Shown here piece by piece: positions 39,575 through 45,493 of a DNA stretch of 45,493 nt. The stretch's first letter is position 1; each line of letters begins with the position of its first letter. The position numbers were made by a program, and so were the translations under genes. This DNA is from a virus. Its lineage: Duplodnaviria > Caudoviricetes. Under the pieces are notes generated by a model. The model was not told the DNA's origin and ran no database searches. It was given only the letters and a program-made list of their open reading frames with translations. The stretch is from positions 1-45,493 of IMG/VR virus record IMGVR_UViG_3300020414_001890; one strand, given 5' to 3'.

Positions 39575-40078
39575 TTAAATTCCTATAGTGACAGTTGGTG
39601 CGCCTACAGCGATTGTAGATAAGCATGGAGGACCCAGTGGGTCCTGTTGTCTACAAGCACGCTTACCATTGATCCAGACGCTCTTTGTGGTTGCTTTAGC
39701 GATTCTAGTATGTGCTCCACCATTTGCAAAGTCTTCAGCGGTTAAATCTGCTGTTGGACATGGTTTAGGTGGCGGAGGCGATTTACATACAAATGCAACT
39801 AATTGTGTGCATACCGACTTGTGTGGCATCAAAATATCCGCATCTAGAATAGGTGCGATACCTTCAATCAAAACAGTAGGTGATACTGGTTGAAGTGGTG
39901 CCAAAAGTTGAGGTAACCAGTGATTTGTTGCATCCATTGCAGCAACAGGTTTTTTAGGGACTGCTTTGCATGGTGTGCCACAAGAAACAGTAGCATGGAT
40001 ATTCGCAGGAATACAAACACCATGACCTGTGCAAGTTCCTCTATAAATTGCTGCTGGTAGTCCTCCTGATGCTGACAT
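39575..40078 (-). CDS. PAAR / T4 gp5.4-like spike-tip protein with Cys-rich insertions (167 aa)
   Basis: PAA..G.CTGH, SPTVLIEG, MPH, GGAH..IA...KSVWINGKRACRQQD, C...IAVGAPTVTIG match the PAAR three-repeat pattern. Located upstream of gp25. Confidence 0.85.
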   Translation of the reverse strand: MSASGGLPAAIYRGTCTGHGVCIPANIHATVSCGTPCKAVPKKPVAAMDATNHWLPQLLAPLQPVSPTVLIEGIAPILDADILMPHKSVCTQLVAFVCKSPPPPKPCPTADLTAEDFANGGAHTRIAKATTKSVWINGKRACRQQDPLGPPCLSTIAVGAPTVTIGI

Positions 40079-40084
40079 AGTTTA

Positions 40085-42871
40085 CTACGCTCCTGGATAA
40101 AAGTCAAATGGGTTTCCGTATGCTTCAACAGCACTACCATATGTATTCGCAGATCTAGTGAAATTGTGTCGAATCAATAAATCACCGTTGATTTCCCAAT
40201 TTCTGCATCCAGGTCCCAATACATCAGATAATGTATAAGTGAATGTTTCGGTATTCCCTTCAGAATCTGTTGATGATGAATCTGCTGTTTGTGTAATCCC
40301 TGTGCATGGGACATGACCACAACCTTCCTCCAAAACTTCACATCCAAGAGTTATCTTAAGATTAATTTTATCTTTAGAGTCTGGTCTGTATTGCTTAATG
40401 TAATATTTGGTCAATCTGCTTGCCTCTGGAAGATTTGAAAATCTTCTTTGCACAGTTTCGACCATTGGATAAGGTTGATTGGTCTGATCGGGCACATATG
40501 CTTGAATAATTTGATCTAATGAATTATTAAATGCCTTATCAACAGATCCTGTGCCTTCTTTATGTTTTGCTCGATAATTACTATCAACATTTACATCTTT
40601 ATCAATCTCAGTTTCATATCCACCGTATTGATTGATAATTTCTCTAAATTCTTCAACCTCACTTTCTCTAAAAAGTCTTTGTGGAAGATCTACAATCAAT
40701 CTTCTGTCAGGATCTAACTTAATTTCAGTATTTGGTTGGACAACATCAATGCTTTTTGGTTTTTGACTTTCAATTCTGATACCCTCCATTTCAATGATGT
40801 CTGGATTGGTATCATATGCCTCATAATATTCAGGAAAAGTGCCTGCACCCCTAACTTCCTCATTAAAAGTTGTAATACCATCTTGAGTAGTGTCCACACC
40901 CTCAAAAGCGACTACTTCTTCGGATCTGAGGAAATTTTTGACATATATCGCTGGTGGATAGTTAGGATGGTATCCTCTTCCGCCATTTATCAACTGCACA
41001 CTCACCAATTGTCCATTAGCATCGAAAGTTCCTTCAACTTCCGCCTTTAGAGTGGTTAAATTCTCTTCTTGATCCAAACTTGCGACTCTTTCCCACCCAT
41101 CTGCACTCAATTGATACAATTCGTTGGTTAAAATATCAACAACTCCGTCATTTATGTTAGCCGAAGGGAAAATAAACGACAAAACCGCATTTGGATCGTC
41201 GGGACCATAGGTAATATCGCCAAAATAAGTGCCATTTGGGTCAACTCGACCAATAATATTGACTCCATCCGCAATTGCGAGGTCAATATCGTTTTCTGCT
41301 TCAGGTGTAGTGATGTCCAACACGGGTTTTTCATACATTCTGAATTCAGGAATCCAGTTTTGACCAGGATCATCAATGGTTACACTCGTCAATGTGCCAT
41401 TTTCGTCCATTTTGACGGAAATTTGCGGTTGTTTTACCTCATTATGCACGTCTGGAGAGTCTGCATCAATATCTTGGATGGTATATTGGATAGATTTATT
41501 CAAAAATTCGTAATATCCGATCAAACAAGCGCGAGTAATGATACCATATCCCGCTTTTACGGTGATTTGGTGATTACGATCACTAGTATATTGACCATCA
41601 ACGGCAAAATTACTACCATTTCCGTCAACATATGCAATATGATACGGAAAATTATCAGGATCTGTGTGAAAAACGCGGGTAACAATGTGTCCATTGACAG
41701 TATCACCCTCGGTTATGAGGTCAAAACCTGGAGATCCTCCAACAGTGGCAACATCTCCAATAACAGTAACCTTAATTGAGAAGTTTAAAGTGGATGATGT
41801 GCCATCTGGATGTCTATGAGTATAAGAAAGAGGGAAAGTATCACCAACAACATAGTTAGTTCCTGTGCCCATCACCTCCAAAATCTTAATTCTAGTGCCT
41901 AAGAAGATAACTACGCCATCAGGTTGAGCCTGATCGATGATAGGCTCAATTCTAATCTTTACTCTCAGACCCTGTTTTGTGCCACTTTCTAGAATATCAC
42001 CTTCATAGATCTCAAAGTCACTAAAAGACTCATCTTCTTCAATCCAAGGATTATGGGAAAGTGTAATAAACTCACCAGAATACGTTGTGGCATCCCAAGA
42101 AGGGGTGTCAATACTATCTGGACTATAGACAATATTAAGACCTAAGACCCCATCAGGAGTCGTTGTTGCTAGTTGATCATACTGAAACACGATCTTTTGA
42201 CTATCGGTGCCAATACCAAACACTGTAGGGTATGGTGCATCAGGATCTCCCGTCTCATCACCATCCTCAGGATCATAGTAACAATACATCCTAGCAGGTG
42301 TGCAAGAGAATCCTGTGCAAGGAATGCACCTAGTCCCATCATTGTTAGTGGTTGATCCCCCTGTGGGAGGGGTTAGAGGGTCTCCATCGTCATCAGTGCC
42401 TGGAGTTGTATAACCTCTCCTCTCATCTTCAATCTTATAGCAAGGTGATCCAACGTTTCCACCATTAGCACCTGCATCATACAGATAGCAGAACCATGTA
42501 TCACTTTGCATTTCCTCAAAAGATAGTCCACCAGGGACATAATCCATGAAGGTTGTGCAACTACCACTGACCTTTGCTACCTTTCCACAGTTTGCAGCAG
42601 GTGCTGATGATGCTCCAGTAGGTGAAGAATATCCTCTATCTCCTGGTGGGTATGGACTAAACGTCGTCCCATCATACATCAATGCATCACGAAATCGTGG
42701 CTCGAAGTTATAGTTACTATAATCTAACTCAGGATATGCATGTTTCTCCAACAACACAGCGGGATTTTCAGATGCAGGAGGAATCCTAGTCCCACAGTGT
42801 TGACTCTTCCCTAAACCACCAGAACTAAAAAATGATGGACATTCATCTCCATCGGTATGACACTGATCCAT
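40085..42871 (-). CDS. Putative structural protein, acidic with Cys-rich termini (928 aa)
   Basis: Long ORF carrying baseplate-type repeats (VTIDDPGQNW, VQLINGGRGY, VMGTGTNY), directly upstream of the PAAR gene. Function unknown. Confidence 0.8.
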   Translation of the reverse strand: MDQCHTDGDECPSFFSSGGLGKSQHCGTRIPPASENPAVLLEKHAYPELDYSNYNFEPRFRDALMYDGTTFSPYPPGDRGYSSPTGASSAPAANCGKVAKVSGSCTTFMDYVPGGLSFEEMQSDTWFCYLYDAGANGGNVGSPCYKIEDERRGYTTPGTDDDGDPLTPPTGGSTTNNDGTRCIPCTGFSCTPARMYCYYDPEDGDETGDPDAPYPTVFGIGTDSQKIVFQYDQLATTTPDGVLGLNIVYSPDSIDTPSWDATTYSGEFITLSHNPWIEEDESFSDFEIYEGDILESGTKQGLRVKIRIEPIIDQAQPDGVVIFLGTRIKILEVMGTGTNYVVGDTFPLSYTHRHPDGTSSTLNFSIKVTVIGDVATVGGSPGFDLITEGDTVNGHIVTRVFHTDPDNFPYHIAYVDGNGSNFAVDGQYTSDRNHQITVKAGYGIITRACLIGYYEFLNKSIQYTIQDIDADSPDVHNEVKQPQISVKMDENGTLTSVTIDDPGQNWIPEFRMYEKPVLDITTPEAENDIDLAIADGVNIIGRVDPNGTYFGDITYGPDDPNAVLSFIFPSANINDGVVDILTNELYQLSADGWERVASLDQEENLTTLKAEVEGTFDANGQLVSVQLINGGRGYHPNYPPAIYVKNFLRSEEVVAFEGVDTTQDGITTFNEEVRGAGTFPEYYEAYDTNPDIIEMEGIRIESQKPKSIDVVQPNTEIKLDPDRRLIVDLPQRLFRESEVEEFREIINQYGGYETEIDKDVNVDSNYRAKHKEGTGSVDKAFNNSLDQIIQAYVPDQTNQPYPMVETVQRRFSNLPEASRLTKYYIKQYRPDSKDKINLKITLGCEVLEEGCGHVPCTGITQTADSSSTDSEGNTETFTYTLSDVLGPGCRNWEINGDLLIRHNFTRSANTYGSAVEAYGNPFDFYPGA

Positions 42872-43146
42872 TATTGTGCTCCCTCCAGTTTCTGTAGTCT
42901 AAGATAAATCAGATCTAGGTTTTGTTTCAGTGTTAAGTGATCTTCACTATTAGTCGGTTTATATAAAATTTTATCAGGTGTCGGGAGTTTTACAATATAC
43001 TCCTCAATTTGCTGCACACGATTATTCAGTGTAATAAGACACTCATCAACCATCTTATGTGCCTTCTCAAGCTCTTTCAATGCATTAGAAATGGCAATGA
43101 AGTTGTCATCAATTTCTCTGATAACACTATTCTCATCTTCAATCAT
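42871..43146 (-). CDS. Hypothetical coiled-coil protein (91 aa)
   Basis: Heptads (ALKELEKAHKMVDECLITLNNRVQQIE) and a LPTPDKILYKP motif. TAATG coupling to the downstream gene. Confidence 0.8.
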   Translation of the reverse strand: MIEDENSVIREIDDNFIAISNALKELEKAHKMVDECLITLNNRVQQIEEYIVKLPTPDKILYKPTNSEDHLTLKQNLDLIYLRLQKLEGAQ

Positions 43147-43197
43147 ACTCTGAGTAAACGCGGTGAAATGTGGTTTTCGCTGTGGACGCGCCGCAGA

Positions 43198-43365
43198 CTA
43201 CTCTTCAACTTTACGCAGTGTCAAAGTGCCTGTGACATCATCTACGTCAAATTCTAAGTCATCCCCAATAATCCATCCAAGATCTTCACAGACATCATCA
43301 GGAATTGGAAGAATTAGTTCTCCGAATTCGTCCTCTTCGATAGTGATTGTGAATCTCTTGGACAT
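43198..43365 (-). CDS. AbrB/MazE/SpoVT-like small protein (55 aa); not in the ORF track
   Basis: Hand translation: MSKRFTITIEEDEFGELILPIPDDVCEDLGWIIGDDLEFDVDDVTGTLTLRKVEE. The GELILPIPxxxxxxLGWxxGDxLEF pattern is the swapped-hairpin signature. It fills the gap between its neighbours. Confidence 0.8.
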   Translation of the reverse strand: MSKRFTITIEEDEFGELILPIPDDVCEDLGWIIGDDLEFDVDDVTGTLTLRKVEE

Positions 43366-43369
43366 AATT

Positions 43370-43588
43370 TTACAGCCTATTATTAATTTGTGGGTTATCT
43401 GACGGATGATCTACTTTCCAGTCTGCCCATGTTGCTAAGACATCCTTAGCGTCCTTTGTCAGACCAGCACTGGTGCAGTAGTCAGCACACTCATATATCC
43501 GAGGATCTAAAAAACCCTCGTGCCTCAGCATCACTTCCATACACCAAACACGGTCATCTTGACGATCTTGGCGAATTTTCCAATCCAT
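43370..43588 (-). CDS. Hypothetical protein (72 aa)
   Basis: ATG-initiated and tightly packed with the AbrB-like ORF; contains a LDPRIYECADYC motif. Confidence 0.72.
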   Translation of the reverse strand: MDWKIRQDRQDDRVWCMEVMLRHEGFLDPRIYECADYCTSAGLTKDAKDVLATWADWKVDHPSDNPQINNRL

Positions 43589-43661
43589 AGTGAAAAAACC
43601 TCAGGGGCAGTAATTTTGCTGGGGGGATTTTTTTATATAGGCTGTAAAAAAACTCTCTTAT

Positions 43662-43718
43662 AATATATCGGTCGCCTGGGTACCTTTGTAGGTTAGGGTA
43701 GTGGCCGATTTTTATATT
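43662..43718 (+). ncRNA. Candidate structured RNA/ssDNA element (bulged hairpin)
   Basis: ATCGGTCGC (43667-75) pairs with GTGGCCGAT (43701-09) using two G-U pairs. Inner stem TACCTT/AGGGTA has one G-U pair. Intergenic. Confidence 0.4.
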
Positions 43719-43721
43719 TAA

Positions 43722-43743
43722 GGGGGCTAATTTAACTGCCCCC
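43722..43743 (-). terminator. GC hairpin, possible weak terminator after the 107-aa early gene
   Basis: GGGGGC-N10-GCCCCC about 25 nt downstream of the stop at 43769. It is followed only by TTAAATAT, not a strong U tract. Confidence 0.45.
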
Positions 43744-43768
43744 AGTATAACTTTGATTGTCTCAGATG

Positions 43769-44092
43769 TCAAGCGAAGATGTAACCGTTGGCAAATTCTC
43801 GCTCGACGTTGTTGTCTTTAATATACCACTGAAAGTTGCGCTGATAGACACCATCGGTGACACCATTGCAGAATTCATTGATAATGGCATTGAGACGACT
43901 TTTGGTGGTAGTTGTCTGCCAACCGCCATCAAAAATCTCAAGAAAATCTTCTCCGAGGACTGCAATCTTATTGCCATGAAGACGAACAACTGAGGTGTTG
44001 TTTTCTTCGTTGAAGTGTACCGAAGTGTTACCAGATTGCCAAGACTTGCTGTTAGCGAGTGCAGAATTCATCTGGGTTTCGATCTTACGCAT
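43769..44092 (-). CDS. Early-type phage protein of unknown function (107 aa; start revised to 44092)
   Basis: MRKIETQMNSALANSKSWQSGNTSV...VRLHGNKIA...DGGWQTTTTKSRLNA is a motif set recognisable from cyanophage early ORFs. The upstream extension in the track overlaps its promoter. Confidence 0.85.
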   Translation of the reverse strand: MRKIETQMNSALANSKSWQSGNTSVHFNEENNTSVVRLHGNKIAVLGEDFLEIFDGGWQTTTTKSRLNAIINEFCNGVTDGVYQRNFQWYIKDNNVEREFANGYIFA

Positions 44093-44149
44093 GAGAGACG
44101 ATTTGAGAGTGATTGTTGTGTGTCGGGGGTGCTTCCCTTCCACTCCTTT

Positions 44150-44209
44150 AATATAACCCATCAGGGGGCATATGGGTGGATCTGTGGACACTTATCGTAG
44201 TGGCACAGA
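44150..44209 (-). promoter_or_regulatory. Early-type promoter: TATATT -10 box plus upstream imperfect inverted repeat TCTGTGCCA-N10-TGTCCACAGA
   Basis: -10-like TATATT at 44155-44150 with no canonical -35. Dyad at 44181-44209. Confidence 0.55.
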
Positions 44210-44213
44210 ACTA

Positions 44214-44411
44214 CTAGGCAACCAAGTTTTTATCGTCTATAGTCATAAACCATCGAATCTGTTTGAGATAATCAAAGGGAGACATTCTTGGGGTGACAGG
44301 ATAACTTTCTCCCCGTCCCTCTCTAACACCATCGACAAACAATTCGAGGTCATAGATTGAATCAAACTCTCCAACCATTTGTTTCTCTTCATTGAAGATA
44401 ATGTACTTCAT
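44214..44411 (-). CDS. Hypothetical early protein (65 aa; start revised to 44411)
   Basis: MKYIIFNEEKQMVGEFDSIYDLELFVDG...; the ATG lies about 25 nt downstream of a consensus sigma70 promoter. Confidence 0.75.
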   Translation of the reverse strand: MKYIIFNEEKQMVGEFDSIYDLELFVDGVREGRGESYPVTPRMSPFDYLKQIRWFMTIDDKNLVA

Positions 44412-44435
44412 GTGCTTATCAACCCTGGCAGTGTT

Positions 44436-44464
44436 ATTATACACTACTCTCGGAGGATTGTCAA
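44436..44464 (-). promoter_or_regulatory. Perfect sigma70 consensus promoter TTGACA-N17-TATAAT
   Basis: The - strand reads TTGACA ATCCTCCGAGAGTAGTG TATAAT. Confidence 0.92.
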
Positions 44465-44607
44465 GGGGTTTGTTACACATTCGGATTGCTAATCTGTGAG
44501 GGGTTGCGTATCGTTAGGAAACGTGCTAAGACTACAATTCCTGAGAAGATTATCAGAGAAATACAACACAAACATAGATTTATTTACACATTTAATTAAA
44601 TCCCGCG

Positions 44608-44718
44608 TTTTCCACAGTTTGATACTTTCTTTGTGGAAAACCTGTGGAAAATGATAGAAACTGTTTCTCTGAGGGTAATAGCAATGTAGGATAATTGCTC
44701 TTCAGTTGTTGTGGAAAA
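44608..44718. promoter_or_regulatory. Cluster of four perfect cyanobacterial DnaA boxes (TTTTCCACA)
   Basis: Boxes at 44608-44616 (+), 44632-44640 (-), 44643-44651 (-) and 44710-44718 (-). Adjacent AT-rich tract at 44571-44601. Confidence 0.75.
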
Positions 44719-44941
44719 CTTCGATCTCTTTCCAATGCTCGTTGAAAACAAGGAGGCAAACTTCGCGTTGATTGTTGAGACAATGGGGATCATCATTTTG
44801 AATGGTTTTGATACAGAGAGTGCAATATCTATCGGAGATAAACCTTATCACCCCTGTGTGATCTTTCCATCTTACGTTATCACCTACAGAGAAAAGAGTT
44901 GTTGGAGTGGATTCACTTTGGGTGGTGGCATTGCTGTCCAT
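44702..44941 (-). CDS. Hypothetical protein, small SH3/KOW-like beta domain (79 aa)
   Basis: Pattern FSVGDNVRWKDHTGVIRFISDRYCTLCI...EVCLLVF. The start is uncertain because it overlaps the upstream gene by 58 nt. Confidence 0.65.
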   Translation of the reverse strand: MDSNATTQSESTPTTLFSVGDNVRWKDHTGVIRFISDRYCTLCIKTIQNDDPHCLNNQREVCLLVFNEHWKEIEVFHNN

Positions 44942-45198
44942 TTAGTTGTCAATGAGGGGTCAATGATTGTGCCTGGTTTCTTGCTATTAATTGGTGAATG
45001 AATAGCGTTTGTTTTCTTACATATAAACCCCCAGATTGTCCTTACTTGATCATTGGTGTAATTATACATGTTTTTGGGGTGGATGAGATAAACCGCGTCA
45101 AACTTTTTATTGAATTGTAATACTTGATAGTGAAAGTTTGGCGGAGGAGTGTGCAAGTTGAATTCATTCAAATGACCAAGCATCTGTTTTTGTTTCAT
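44884..45198 (-). CDS. Hypothetical cyanophage-type early protein (104 aa)
   Basis: Motifs HTPPPNFHY, VRTIWGF, HSPINSKKPG, TTKWTAM..KVNPL resemble a small cyanophage family. Confidence 0.75.
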   Translation of the reverse strand: MKQKQMLGHLNEFNLHTPPPNFHYQVLQFNKKFDAVYLIHPKNMYNYTNDQVRTIWGFICKKTNAIHSPINSKKPGTIIDPSLTTKWTAMPPPKVNPLQQLFSL

Positions 45199-45460
45199 CG
45201 TTTGTTACACTTTTTGAGGGTGATGTAAGCATGACTGGTGTTTCATCTGCTTCGGGCAAAAGATCAATCAAAGTATTCTCATCATACAAATCTACGATCT
45301 CTTCGGTTACATCGTCCCACGTCATCTTCTCATACTCACGTTGCAACAAATCATAGCACATTTGCTCCATGTCCTTGTAATCGAGACCGTCGATAATGTG
45401 CATCACATAGTTGTCAACCAGTTTGTCGAAATCTTGCTGATTGGGAGATTGTTGGGTCAT
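45164..45460 (-). CDS. Hypothetical highly acidic early protein (~98 aa; start probably 45460)
   Basis: LVDNYVMHIIDGLDYKDMEQMCYDLL...EEIVDLYDENTLIDLL; about 25 D/E against about 6 K/R by hand count. Confidence 0.75.
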   Translation of the reverse strand: MTQQSPNQQDFDKLVDNYVMHIIDGLDYKDMEQMCYDLLQREYEKMTWDDVTEEIVDLYDENTLIDLLPEADETPVMLTSPSKSVTNDETKTDAWSFE

Positions 45461-45493
45461 GATTTTAGTCAAGAAGAGAAATGTCGTAGGAGG

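Noticed and set aside
421-43402. The many 60-140 aa + strand ORFs and nested out-of-frame - strand ORFs in the track
   Set aside because: They lie wholly or largely within long, motif-supported - strand genes, mostly start at TTG/GTG, and have shadow-frame composition. There is no independent support for them.
43554-43772. 72-aa - strand ORF across the structured intergenic element
   Set aside because: It overlaps both neighbours, runs through hairpins and homopolymer tracts, and has no recognisable protein features.
44093-44480. N-terminal extensions of the track ORFs 43769..44191 and 44214..44480
   Set aside because: The extensions overlap the promoter elements; the downstream ATGs at 44092 and 44411 fit better.
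44592-44796. Two - strand ORFs (63 and 66 aa) spanning the DnaA-box island
   Set aside because: Their peptides simply translate the repeated boxes (FSTG/FPQ/VEN), and they overlap a better ORF. The region is better read as non-coding.
1-45493. CRISPR array, tRNA or rRNA genes, IS elements, auxiliary metabolic genes
   Set aside because: No regular repeat-spacer pattern, cloverleaf with T-loop consensus, transposase or AMG motif was seen. The repeats present are protein-level and degenerate in DNA.

Overview
A 45.5 kb segment of a T4-like cyanophage (Kyanoviridae-type myovirus, roughly 40% GC, probable marine Synechococcus/Prochlorococcus host). All credible genes lie on the minus strand. In transcription order (right to left) the window holds: small early-type ORFs with sigma70 promoters; a non-coding island with four perfect cyanobacterial DnaA boxes (TTTTCCACA) next to an AT-rich tract; a structured intergenic element at the early/late boundary; small ORFs including an AbrB-like one missing from the ORF track; a 928-aa Cys-rich protein; a PAAR/gp5.4-like spike tip; the baseplate module (gp25, gp6, a 6999-aa gp7-like mosaic protein, a gp9/gp10-like protein, a 1377-aa YHYH-like structural protein, gp8, a 2439-aa VrlC/DUF4815-like protein); two small coiled-coil ORFs; and the 5' end of a tail-fibre gene. 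T4-type late promoters (ATAAATA/TATAAATA) and intrinsic terminators punctuate the module. The most notable signals are (1) the host-oriC-like DnaA-box cluster, (2) strong synonymous-codon avoidance of GAAC/GTTC/GTAC with GATC enriched, matching the Dnd phosphorothioate motif, (3) a G-U-containing hairpin that folds only antisense to the genes, and (4) nested domain insertions and intact type-1 copper-ligand motifs in baseplate proteins. All family assignments come from motif recognition by eye; no database search was run.
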